A stretch of DNA of 64,000 bases, from contig JAQVSI010000002.1 in NCBI GenBank assembly GCA_028700625.1, positions 3,276 to 67,275 on the forward strand, read 5' to 3'. Below, piece by piece: positions 46,183 to 55,224 of the stretch. Source of the DNA: Candidatus Shapirobacteria bacterium. Lineage in GTDB: Bacteria; Patescibacteriota; Microgenomatia; UBA12405. The position numbers were made by a program, and so were the translations under genes. Numbering within the stretch: position 1 is the stretch's first letter; each line of letters begins with the position of its first letter. Under the pieces are notes generated by a model. That model was given only the letters and a program-made list of their open reading frames with translations. It made no database searches and had not been told where the DNA came from.

Positions 46183-48654
46183 TTATGAACATTTACTATA
46201 TCCACAAAAATCATTAGTACATTTAAAACAGCCTTCTTCAGCTCGAAGAGGACTTCCACAATCTGGACAAGAAATTGTTTTACTTTCCAATTCAGCTTGT
46301 TTATTTCTAACCTCATTAAGCGAATTAATGTCAATTGCATCTTTTTCACCAGCAAACATATCTAGCTGTTCACCTCTTGAAACTTCTAAAAGAGTTTTAC
46401 CAACAGCATCAAACATACTTAAAACGGTTCCTGTTCCCAGCCCCATTTTTTGTCCACAAGAAATACCAACCATTTGATCGGCAATTTCATCTAAAGTAGC
46501 CCCATATTTTAAAGCTAAAGAAGCTAATCTTCCTGTTGCTTCGGCTGCTCCAGCCACAAATCCACCACTCTTACCTAAAGTCACAAAAACTTCCACTGGA
46601 CCATCTCCTGCCTCATAAAAAACAGAAGTAAAAACACTTCCCAAATCACATTTTTTCTTCAATCTAATTCCCCTAGCCATTAATGGGGTTGCCTTTTTTT
46701 TACCCACCGAAGCTAATTTTTCAGCAGCGGAAGAGGACTTTGGTGTTTCTTTAACTTTTTGCATTGGCTCAAAAGATCGTGAACCACTTCTATAAATAGT
46801 AATTCCTTTAGTTCCCAACGCATAAGACTTTAAATAAGCTTGTCTAACATCATCAACAGTTGATTGTTCTGGTAAATTAATGGTTTTTGAAACTGCATTA
46901 TCAGTATATTTCTGGAAAGCTGCCTGAACTCTGATATGCCACTCTGGATCAATTTCCAAAGCTGTAACAAAAATAGATTTCAAATCATCGGGAAAATCTT
47001 CAATTCCTTTTAAAATTCCTCCATTTTTAACAATTTTTTCAATTAATTCTTCAGAATAAATATTTCTTTTCTTTAATTCTTCAACCAAAACAGGATTAAC
47101 ACTATAAAGAGTCTTACCTTCAACTGTATTTTTTTGATAACCCAAAGAAAATACAGGTTCAATTCCTGAACTAGTATCAGCCAACATACTTATAGTTCCT
47201 GTTGGAGCAATTGTTGTCAAAGCCATATTTCGTGGTCGATAGTCAGTATTTGCATAAACACTCACATCCCACAAAGGAAAAACTCCTCTTATTTTTGCGA
47301 GTTCACAAGTTGCTTCTCTGGCCGATTCGGTTACAAACTTCATCATTTTTTCTGCCCAAATAATTCCCTCTTCTGAATCGTACTTAACACCCATTTTAAA
47401 CAAAGCATCGGCAAACCCCATCACTCCAACTCCAATTCTTCGAGAACTAGTCACCATATCTCTAATTTTTTGGACCGGAAATTCATTGATTTCTACCACA
47501 TTGTCTAAAAAATGAACTCCAATTTTAATAGTCTCTTTAAGTTCTTCCCAATTAATATCTCCATTTTTTACGAATCTTGCCAAATTAACACTTCCTAAAT
47601 TACAAGCATCATAAGGTAACAAAGGCTGTTCTCCACAAGGATTAGTTGCTTCAATTCTACCCACACTTGGAATTGGATTCGAATTTGCATCATTCATTCT
47701 ATCTATAAAAACCAAACCTGGATCACCAAATTGCCAAGCTAACCTAGTAATCAAAATAAACACTTTATAAGCATTCAATTTCATTGAGACCAACCCATTC
47801 CTAGGATTAATTAAGTCATAACCCTCTCCTTCTTTATTAGCCTTAGCCCACTCATATAATTTTTTAACTCCAATTTCGACCTCTCTCAATTTTTCATCTG
47901 CACTTCTATTTTGTTCCGCCAATTTTATCTCTTCAACCACTTCTTCTGGAATAGAATCATCAATCACAAATTTTTTATCAACCTCAATCTTTTCCATAAA
48001 ATCATTTGTCACAGCCAAAGAGATGTTGAAATTAGTTAAACTCCATTCATCTAATTTTGCCACTGCAAATCTTAAAACATCTGGATGGTCAATACTAAGC
48101 ATTCCCATATTAGCCCCTCTGCGCACTCCACCTTGTTTAATTTGAGCGGTTACATCATTGTAGGCTTGCATAAAACTGACTGGGCCCACTGTTGTTCCAC
48201 CACTTGATTTAATATAATCACCACTTGGTCTTAGTCTGGAAAAAGAAAAACCAGTTCCACCTCCACTTTTATGAATCAAAGCCATATTCGACATGGTTTC
48301 CAAAATGGATTCCATTGAATCATCTATTGGTAAAACAAAACAAGCCGATAATTGCTGTTTGGACTTACCAGCATTTACCAAACATGGCGTATTTGGTAAA
48401 AATTTTTGCTCTGCCATCAATTGATAAAAAGATTTAGCTAATTTATCAATCCCTTCTTCATTAATTCCAAAAACACTATCACCTTTGGCCACATTACTAG
48501 AAACCCTCCAAAAAATATCTTTTACTGTTTCTAAAGATTTTCCTTCTTCATCTTTTTTGGAATATCTAGTTTCTGCAATATATTTAGCGTTAGGTGAAAG
48601 AATTGGTTCAGACAATTCATTAACATTAATATCTCTCCTACTTATATCTGTCAT
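46183..48654 (-). CDS. nrdJ: Class II (AdoCbl-dependent) ribonucleotide reductase with C-terminal TSCPD-like and Zn-ribbon region
   Basis: LSACFV, RRGANM, ATNPCGEQ, TIAPTGT, KGITIYR; no beta subunit nearby; next to PduO. Confidence 0.92.
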   Translation of the reverse strand: MTDISRRDINVNELSEPILSPNAKYIAETRYSKKDEEGKSLETVKDIFWRVSSNVAKGDSVFGINEEGIDKLAKSFYQLMAEQKFLPNTPCLVNAGKSKQQLSACFVLPIDDSMESILETMSNMALIHKSGGGTGFSFSRLRPSGDYIKSSGGTTVGPVSFMQAYNDVTAQIKQGGVRRGANMGMLSIDHPDVLRFAVAKLDEWSLTNFNISLAVTNDFMEKIEVDKKFVIDDSIPEEVVEEIKLAEQNRSADEKLREVEIGVKKLYEWAKANKEGEGYDLINPRNGLVSMKLNAYKVFILITRLAWQFGDPGLVFIDRMNDANSNPIPSVGRIEATNPCGEQPLLPYDACNLGSVNLARFVKNGDINWEELKETIKIGVHFLDNVVEINEFPVQKIRDMVTSSRRIGVGVMGFADALFKMGVKYDSEEGIIWAEKMMKFVTESAREATCELAKIRGVFPLWDVSVYANTDYRPRNMALTTIAPTGTISMLADTSSGIEPVFSLGYQKNTVEGKTLYSVNPVLVEELKKRNIYSEELIEKIVKNGGILKGIEDFPDDLKSIFVTALEIDPEWHIRVQAAFQKYTDNAVSKTINLPEQSTVDDVRQAYLKSYALGTKGITIYRSGSRSFEPMQKVKETPKSSSAAEKLASVGKKKATPLMARGIRLKKKCDLGSVFTSVFYEAGDGPVEVFVTLGKSGGFVAGAAEATGRLASLALKYGATLDEIADQMVGISCGQKMGLGTGTVLSMFDAVGKTLLEVSRGEQLDMFAGEKDAIDINSLNEVRNKQAELESKTISCPDCGSPLRAEEGCFKCTNDFCGYSKCS

Positions 48655-49100
48655 TTTTTATTTTTAAAATTAATAATAAGTTTTTCAAAGTCATCAATTT
48701 CGTTTAAGTCTAAATAAACCGTAGCGAATCTGATGTATGCCATTGGATCAAGGTTTTTTAATTTTTCCAAAATTAAAACTCCAATTTCTTTTGAGGGAAT
48801 TTCTACACTTGGCCAATTTAACAGCTTCATTTCAATCTCATCAATCAATTTAGTCTTTTCATCTTCAGACATTCTCCAACAAGCCTTATCTATACATTTT
48901 CCCAATTTTTCTCTAGAATAATCTTCAGTTTTTCCTGATTTTTTAATTACTTTTAAATCTATGCTACCCACTCTTTCATAAGTTGTAAATCTTTTTTTAC
49001 ATTTTAGACATTCTCTCCTCCTTCTAGTAACTTTTCCATCTTCAGCTTCTCTACTCTCTAAAACGTTAGATTCACCAAAACCACAATATGGACACAACAT
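48651..49100 (-). CDS. nrdR: Transcriptional repressor NrdR
   Basis: CPYC, RRRRECLKC, RFTTYE, AYIRFATVY. Confidence 0.96.
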   Translation of the reverse strand: MLCPYCGFGESNVLESREAEDGKVTRRRRECLKCKKRFTTYERVGSIDLKVIKKSGKTEDYSREKLGKCIDKACWRMSEDEKTKLIDEIEMKLLNWPSVEIPSKEIGVLILEKLKNLDPMAYIRFATVYLDLNEIDDFEKLIINFKNKK

Positions 49101-49128
49101 TTTTGTTAGTTTTATTATAATTAATAAA

Positions 49129-49144
49129 ACACTATCTCTAGTGT
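49129..49144. promoter_or_regulatory. NrdR box
   Basis: acactatctctagtgt fits acaCwAtATaTwGtgt; weak second box at 49161-49176. Confidence 0.75.
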
Positions 49145-49235
49145 ATGCTAAACATCATACCCACCACCAATAGACCACGTCAATAGACTAAAATATATCA
49201 AAATTGAATTATGCAATTATTCCGCGGAAAACAAA

Positions 49236-49703
49236 TTATTTAATCATAAGGTCGACCACTACATTTTTTAAAACCCTCCGCCCTGCGGGCACCTCCCTTG
49301 ACAGGGCGGCTTTTCTTTCTTGAATAACTTTTAATATTTCGTCTTTAACTGTTTCTAAATTATTTAATACTTCTTCATTTTTAAATCTTATTGTTTTTAT
49401 ATTTAGACAATTTAAAAACTTATCTCTTTCTTTATCGTAACTTTGTTTTTTAAGATGATAAACACCATCAATCTCTATACATAATAATAATTTAGAACAA
49501 TAAAAATCAAGAATAAATCTATGTAATGGTTTTTGTCTGGTAAATTTATAGCCTGATGGTTTATTTTTTAAAAACTCATACCAAATTTTTGATTCAGCTT
49601 TAGTTGGATTTTTTCTATTAAATTTAGCCGGATATTTTAATTGCTCTAAATACTTCAAATTGCCTTTTTGAGTCATTATTTCTATACATGTAATATTTTT
49701 CAC
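49236..49703 (-). CDS. DUF559 / Vsr-like endonuclease
   Basis: RKNPTKAE..W, KFTRQKP, FILDFYC, IEIDG..H, RDKFL; start may be ATG 49676. Confidence 0.9.
   Translation of the reverse strand: MKNITCIEIMTQKGNLKYLEQLKYPAKFNRKNPTKAESKIWYEFLKNKPSGYKFTRQKPLHRFILDFYCSKLLLCIEIDGVYHLKKQSYDKERDKFLNCLNIKTIRFKNEEVLNNLETVKDEILKVIQERKAALSREVPAGRRVLKNVVVDLMIK
49270..49312. repeat. 'TCAAGG' palindromic repeat, left flank of DUF559
   Basis: aaaaccctccgccctgcgggcacctcccttgacagggcggctt. Confidence 0.88.
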
Positions 49704-49723
49704 ATAATAATTATTTCATTTAT

Positions 49724-49771
49724 AGCCTCCCTGTCAAGGGAGGTGGCGAGTGAAACGAGACGAAGGGTTTT
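49724..49771. repeat. 'TCAAGG' palindromic repeat, right flank of DUF559, inverted
   Basis: agcctccctgtcaagggaggtggcgagtgaaacgagacgaagggtttt. Confidence 0.88.
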
Positions 49772-49792
49772 AAAATACTGTTATAATATCTC

Positions 49793-49984
49793 ATGCAAAA
49801 AATCATTAAATTTTTAAAAGAAGTGGTGGTTGAATTCAAAAATATAACTTGGCCCAAAAAAGAGACTTTAATTCAGCTAACAATTGTGGTAATATCAATC
49901 TCAATTATAATCTCCCTCATTTTGGGTGGTTTTGATTATCTTTTTACTATTTCTTTTGCTTTTCTAAACAAAATTAGCAAATAA
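49793..49984 (+). CDS. secE: Preprotein translocase SecE
   Basis: EFKNITWPKK plus TM; precedes nusG. Confidence 0.93.
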   Translation: MQKIIKFLKEVVVEFKNITWPKKETLIQLTIVVISISIIISLILGGFDYLFTISFAFLNKISK

Positions 49985-49987
49985 ATT

Positions 49988-50584
49988 ATGCCAAAAACTT
50001 CTGCAAAAACTAACAAAAAAGAGTTTTTATTCAAACTCTCTCCTTTCGAACCTACTATTGACGCCGCCTGGTACGTTATAAACACCTATTCTGGTCACGA
50101 ATATAAAGCTATTGAAGCCTTAAAAATCAGAATAAAAACCATGGGTCTAGAAGATAGTATTTTTCAAGCCATTGTTCCTATTCAAAGTAAAATGATTATC
50201 CGCCGTGGACAAAAAGTTAAGTCTCAAGAAAAAACCTTTCCTGGTTACGTCTTAATTCAAATGGTTTTAACCGATGATTCTTGGATCACTGTTCGTACAA
50301 CCCAAGGTGTTACTGGATTTATTGGTATAGAAAATACTCCATCCCCTATCTCTCAAAAAGAAGTCGATCAAATTCTTCAAACCACCGAAGAAGATAAACC
50401 AAAATATCAAACCCCTTTCACTATTGGAGACGTTGTCAAAATTACCAATGGCCCTTTTGCTGATTTCATTGGTACAATTGAATCTATTGACCAAGAAAAA
50501 GGAAAAATTAGAGTCTTAATCTCTATCTTCGAACGAGAAACCCCAGTCGAACTCGACTTTTTACAAGTTAGTAAAGAACTATAA
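49988..50584 (+). CDS. nusG: Transcription factor NusG
   Basis: WYVINTYSGHE, FPGYVL, GPFADF, IFERETPVEL. Confidence 0.97.
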   Translation: MPKTSAKTNKKEFLFKLSPFEPTIDAAWYVINTYSGHEYKAIEALKIRIKTMGLEDSIFQAIVPIQSKMIIRRGQKVKSQEKTFPGYVLIQMVLTDDSWITVRTTQGVTGFIGIENTPSPISQKEVDQILQTTEEDKPKYQTPFTIGDVVKITNGPFADFIGTIESIDQEKGKIRVLISIFERETPVELDFLQVSKEL

Positions 50585-50588
50585 ATTT

Positions 50589-51014
50589 ATGGCAAAAAAA
50601 ATAAAAATAATCGTCAAACTTACCATTCCTGCAGGAACTGCTAATCCAGCTCCTCCAGTCGGTACTGCTCTTGGACCTCAGGGTATCAAGATTATGGAAT
50701 TCTGTAATGAATTCAATGAAAGAACCAAAGATATGAGAGGTTCTTTAATTCCTTCCGTTATTACTATCTATGAAGATCGTTCTTTTGATTTCATTATCAA
50801 AAAACCTCCAGTTTCTGACATGATCAAAAAAATGACTGGTATTACCAAAGGTGCTACCACTGCTGGTCGTGAAAAAGTTGGAAAATTAACTATGGCTCAA
50901 GTTGAAGAAATAGCCAAAGCTAAAATTGTCGATTTAAACACCAACGATTTAGAAGCTGCTAAAAGATCAGTTATGGGCACTGCCAAATCCATGGGAATTG
51001 AAATAATTCAATAA
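50589..51014 (+). CDS. rplK: 50S ribosomal protein L11
   Basis: ANPAPPVGTALG, GTAKSMG. Confidence 0.97.
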   Translation: MAKKIKIIVKLTIPAGTANPAPPVGTALGPQGIKIMEFCNEFNERTKDMRGSLIPSVITIYEDRSFDFIIKKPPVSDMIKKMTGITKGATTAGREKVGKLTMAQVEEIAKAKIVDLNTNDLEAAKRSVMGTAKSMGIEIIQ

Positions 51015-51094
51015 AATAAATTGCCCTGTCAAGGGAAATGTCACAAAGTGACAAAGGGTTTATTCCTTTAAAATTATTAATTAAAAAACCAAAT

Positions 51095-51865
51095 ATGAGC
51101 AAAACCACTCAAGAAAATAAACTCAAAAAAAACAAATTGAGCGAAGCGAAATCCCGATCTATCGGGACCAAAGTGGAAGAGATTGTCAAAACTGATGAAT
51201 CTCAAAAGGCCGTAGAAGAAGTTATCGAAACTTCAGAGGCTCCACAAGAAGTTAGTACCGTTCAAAAAGTCGCCAAAAAGCGATCTAAAAAATATTTAGC
51301 TGCTAAAGCTAAAATCGATGTCACAAAGTACTATTCTTTAAAAGAAGCCGTTAAATTAGTTAAAGAAACTTCCTTATCCAAATTTGAAGGTAAAATTGAA
51401 GCCCACGTTACCGGTTTGGACATTGGTAATATTGGTGAAATAACTTTTCCTAATTTAGAAACCGCCAGCAAAAAAGTGGTTATTTTAAATGACACCATCT
51501 TAGCTGAGATTAAAGAAAATAAAGTTAATTTTGATATTTTAATCGCTACTCCAGCCACTATGCCAAAACTCTTACCTTTGGCTAAGGTTTTAGGACCAAA
51601 AGGTTTAATGCCAAATCCCAAAAATGGTACTTTAACCGACAAACCAGAAGAATCTCTTAAAAAACTTTCAGTTGCTAAAACAATTTTAAAAACTGAAAAG
51701 AAAGCTCCTATTATTCACATTGTTGTTGGTAAAACTTCTCAACCAGATTCAGAAATTATTGCCAATGTTGAAGAATTAATTAAAGTTGTTAAAGCCAATA
51801 AAATCAAAAAATTAGCTCTTTGTGCCACCATCGGCCCTTGTGTTAAAATAATGATTACTGCTTAA
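51095..51865 (+). CDS. rplA: 50S ribosomal protein L1 with N-terminal extension
   Basis: LGPKGLMPNPKNGT; follows rplK; start moved to MSKTTQ. Confidence 0.93.
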   Translation: MSKTTQENKLKKNKLSEAKSRSIGTKVEEIVKTDESQKAVEEVIETSEAPQEVSTVQKVAKKRSKKYLAAKAKIDVTKYYSLKEAVKLVKETSLSKFEGKIEAHVTGLDIGNIGEITFPNLETASKKVVILNDTILAEIKENKVNFDILIATPATMPKLLPLAKVLGPKGLMPNPKNGTLTDKPEESLKKLSVAKTILKTEKKAPIIHIVVGKTSQPDSEIIANVEELIKVVKANKIKKLALCATIGPCVKIMITA

Positions 51866-51881
51866 ACTAAGTTTTCAAATT

Positions 51882-51908
51882 AAACCCCCGCAAATTGTGG
51901 GGGTTTTT
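51882..51908 (+). terminator. Intrinsic terminator after rplA
   Basis: aaacccccgcaa-a-ttgtgggggttttt. Confidence 0.75.
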
Positions 51909-51933
51909 CGTTTAAAAAAAGTTATACTTAACC

Positions 51934-52569
51934 ATGTTCAATATCATTTATTTGTCTGAGATTATTTTATATTTTGCCATCTATTCTCTTATTGGTTGGG
52001 CTTTGGAAGTTTTATATGCCAGCTATGAATCAAAAAAATTTGTCAATCGTGGTTTTCTTTTTGGACCTGTTTGTCCAATTTATGGCATTGGTGTTCTTTT
52101 TTTAATCACAATACTAGGACCAATTGCTAATCATCCCTTTTTGTTTTTTATTGGCGCCATCATTACAACTTCCGCTCTTGAATATTTAACCGGATTTATT
52201 TTAGAATCAATTTTTAAAACCAATTGGTGGGATTATTCTGATCAAAAATATAATCTCGATGGTAAAATTTGTTTAAAATTTTCCATTTATTGGGGTTTTC
52301 TAAGCCTCTTTCTTTTTTATTTTATTCATCCATCAATAGTTTCTTTTGTCTCCTTAATTATTTTAAAAACTTCTTTTTATTTATCTTTAGCCATTTTTAT
52401 GTATTTTTTAATCGACTTTATTATTAGTCTAATTTTTATTATTAATTTAAGAAGTATTTTTCATAAACTAGATCATCTAAAAGACCAGTATGAAGATGAT
52501 TTTCTAAAGTTCAAAAGACGTAGCAGACGTCTCTTCAAAGCCTTCCCACACATAAAACTGGTAAAATAA
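51934..52569 (+). CDS. Putative ABC-transporter-type permease (CmpB/TMEM229-like)
   Basis: NRGFLFGPVCPIYG, WWDYS..NLDGKIC. Confidence 0.85.
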   Translation: MFNIIYLSEIILYFAIYSLIGWALEVLYASYESKKFVNRGFLFGPVCPIYGIGVLFLITILGPIANHPFLFFIGAIITTSALEYLTGFILESIFKTNWWDYSDQKYNLDGKICLKFSIYWGFLSLFLFYFIHPSIVSFVSLIILKTSFYLSLAIFMYFLIDFIISLIFIINLRSIFHKLDHLKDQYEDDFLKFKRRSRRLFKAFPHIKLVK

Positions 52570-52574
52570 GACTA

Positions 52575-53768
52575 GTGAAACAAAAAATATCTCTCTTTAT
52601 CCTCTACTACCTCCGTTTTTTTGCCAAAATTCAAATTTCAAAAGTTAGATTTCTTCAAAAAAGAAAACATCGACAACTTGATATTGTTGGTATTACTGGT
52701 TCTGCTGGTAAAAGTTCCACCTTACTTGCTTGTCAAACCGTTTTTCCAAAAACTTACAAAGTAAAAACTAATGACAATTGCAATTCTGAGTCTGGACTGC
52801 CTCTTAGTCTGCTTGGTCTTAAAATTAACAACTATAATTTCGTTACTTGGTTGAAAATAATTGTTTTAATCCCCCTTAAATATCTCACCAACTGGAAATC
52901 TTACGACATTTTGATTTTAGAAATGGGCATCGATTCAGCTTCTTGGCCAAAAAATATGGATTATCTTCTTTCTGTTGTTAAGCCTAATATTGGAATTTTT
53001 CTTAATGTTAGTCCTGTTCATATGTTAAATTTTGATTCTCTAGATGAAATTGCTATGGAAAAAGCTAAATTAGTTAACCAAGCCAGTGTTGCCATTATTA
53101 ATGATCAAGATAAATTAGTTAAAAAATACACCCAAAACAAAAATATAATTAAAATAACTCCAACTAAAATTAAATTTTCCAATTTTTATCTTCCAGATAT
53201 TTATCAAATCAGTTTTGGTACAGCCTTATCTCTGGCCAGAATTTTTAATATTAATTACGACCAAGCTATTAAAAATATTCAAGAAAATTTTTCTCTTCCT
53301 CCATCCCGTTCCTCTATCTTAGAAGGCATAAAAAATACCACAATTATAGATAGTTCATATAATTCTTCCCCTATTGCCTGCCAGGAACTTTTAAAATTTT
53401 TAACTACTTTTAAAACCAAAAAAATTGCTGTCTTGGGCGACATGCGAGAACTTGGTAAATCAAGCCCAGAAGAGCATCAAAAAATTTATGAACTAGCTAC
53501 TAAATCAGCTGATCTAATTATTAGCGTAGGACCAGAAACTAAAAAATACTTTGGCGATAAATCTCAAAAGTTTGACAATTGGTGGACGGCTGCTGAATTT
53601 TTAAAAGAAAATATAAAAGGTAGTGAAACTATTTTAGTCAAAGGTTCTCAAAACACTATTTTTCTAGAAGAATTAGTCAAGTCAATCTTAAAAAATCCTT
53701 CTGACTCTTCCAATCTTTGCCGTCAATCACCTTACTGGCTCAAAGTTAAATCTAAATTTAAGCTTTAA
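52575..53768 (+). CDS. murF: MurF-like Mur ligase
   Basis: GITGSAGKSS, LEMG, IDSSYNSSP, LGDMRELG, LVKGS. Confidence 0.85.
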   Translation: MKQKISLFILYYLRFFAKIQISKVRFLQKRKHRQLDIVGITGSAGKSSTLLACQTVFPKTYKVKTNDNCNSESGLPLSLLGLKINNYNFVTWLKIIVLIPLKYLTNWKSYDILILEMGIDSASWPKNMDYLLSVVKPNIGIFLNVSPVHMLNFDSLDEIAMEKAKLVNQASVAIINDQDKLVKKYTQNKNIIKITPTKIKFSNFYLPDIYQISFGTALSLARIFNINYDQAIKNIQENFSLPPSRSSILEGIKNTTIIDSSYNSSPIACQELLKFLTTFKTKKIAVLGDMRELGKSSPEEHQKIYELATKSADLIISVGPETKKYFGDKSQKFDNWWTAAEFLKENIKGSETILVKGSQNTIFLEELVKSILKNPSDSSNLCRQSPYWLKVKSKFKL

Positions 53769-54333
53769 ACTCTTTATCTTTCTTCATTTCTCTTTCAATC
53801 AAATTTCTCAAAAACACTGATCTTGGCAACATTTTTTTCTGGGATACCCAATCTAAATAATTCAATATTTTTGCATTAACAAAAAAATTGAATCTCACGT
53901 CAATTAAACTACTAGCCTTTTTTAAAGCTTTCTCCATTATTTCTTCTACATCTTCCTCTAAGTATTCCGAAATTATCAATTTTTGATCACTAATACCTTT
54001 AATAAAATTTGGAACATGTTCTTTTTTATGCAAAGCAATCACTGGTTTGTTCATTTCCAAAGCTTTACTAACTAAATAACCCATTGACATACTATGACCA
54101 GAAACTTCCATTACCACTATATCTGCCTTTTTAACCGAATCCAATGATTCTAGATAATTCACTTTTTTAACTTTTAATGGAGCAATACTTATGTTTTTTA
54201 CTCCACTTTTTACCCATTTCATTACTTTATCACTAACCATTTTCGCTTCAGCCGACAAATAAGAATACATTTTTGCATACAATTTGGGATTGGCTTCTAC
54301 TAATCTGGAAGATGCAATGAAATATATTTTCAT
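53758..54333 (-). CDS. Deoxyribosyltransferase-like domain with C-terminal RHH-like region
   Basis: MKIYFIAS, ADIVVMEVS..SMSMGY..KPV; RFNFFV..RSVFLRNLI. Confidence 0.65.
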   Translation of the reverse strand: MKIYFIASSRLVEANPKLYAKMYSYLSAEAKMVSDKVMKWVKSGVKNISIAPLKVKKVNYLESLDSVKKADIVVMEVSGHSMSMGYLVSKALEMNKPVIALHKKEHVPNFIKGISDQKLIISEYLEEDVEEIMEKALKKASSLIDVRFNFFVNAKILNYLDWVSQKKMLPRSVFLRNLIEREMKKDKEFKA

Positions 54334-54541
54334 AAATTATATAAAAAAATTTATAATTATTAGCTATAGGGTAGTATAACTTAAAATCATTTTTTTATAA
54401 ACCCTATTGCAGTCTAAAGATTAAAGGTTATAATTCGAATAAAAGTATAAGAATAAATTAAAATAGTTTAAATTGCTAACTTTTTTTATATTTAGTTCTT
54501 TAAAAATTCGAAAACACATAAAGTAAAGGAGGTTTTAACTT

Positions 54542-55102
54542 ATGATTCAGATTCCAGTTCTAGGTAAAGAAGATATCCCAAAAGTCATCGAAGCTTTCAA
54601 AGGTGGTAACTATCCCATAATTCCAGATTTTATTGATGTAACCAGAGAGTATATAGACCCCCAAGAAATTATGGAAGAATTCTCTTGTGGTGTTCAGGTG
54701 GAAAGGAAAGCCTACATTATTGAATGTACCATAAAAAATGAAGGGTTTAATCCTAGAAAAATTTTATTTGAACAAAGATTTTCTCAAGGCCCATGTTGGA
54801 TTAGTGGATATGTTGATTATCTACCCAAAAGAAAAATATCCCTTTTTAACAGAAGATATATAGAAAAACCAATTGATCTTGCAACTTGTCGTATTACAAA
54901 AGGTTTAATTGATAATTATCTTCAAATTAATAACACTAAAGGTAATCTTTATGGCATTGGACTTATTGGAGACGAGTTTATCCGTCTTAAACAATTGTTA
55001 GTCTTCGAAATTGTCCATTTTAATGATTATCGATCGACCAAAAATCTTATTACCGATTTCATTAAAATTAATTTTACCCCTATTAAAATTCCCTTTATTT
55101 AA
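54542..55102 (+). CDS. Orphan protein in cassette 3
   Basis: 186 aa; SD AAAGGAGG. Confidence 0.7.
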   Translation: MIQIPVLGKEDIPKVIEAFKGGNYPIIPDFIDVTREYIDPQEIMEEFSCGVQVERKAYIIECTIKNEGFNPRKILFEQRFSQGPCWISGYVDYLPKRKISLFNRRYIEKPIDLATCRITKGLIDNYLQINNTKGNLYGIGLIGDEFIRLKQLLVFEIVHFNDYRSTKNLITDFIKINFTPIKIPFI

Positions 55103-55224
55103 AAAGAAATGAGATTATCTAATGAATTCCAAAGAAACTCGTCTTTATCAAATTAATCCACTATGGCTGCAATTAGCGTAATCAAAGACACTAATGTTTT
55201 CGAACAATCATCCCTTGAAGGGTC

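Noticed and set aside
47760-48000. ~45-aa charged insertion in NrdJ considered as an intein
   Set aside because: Too short, and no C/S start or HN-C end motifs
55108-55146. ctaatga..gaaac resembling a second hammerhead in the cassette 3 trailer
   Set aside because: The core reads CUAAUGA, and I could not build stem II, stem I and an NUH site together
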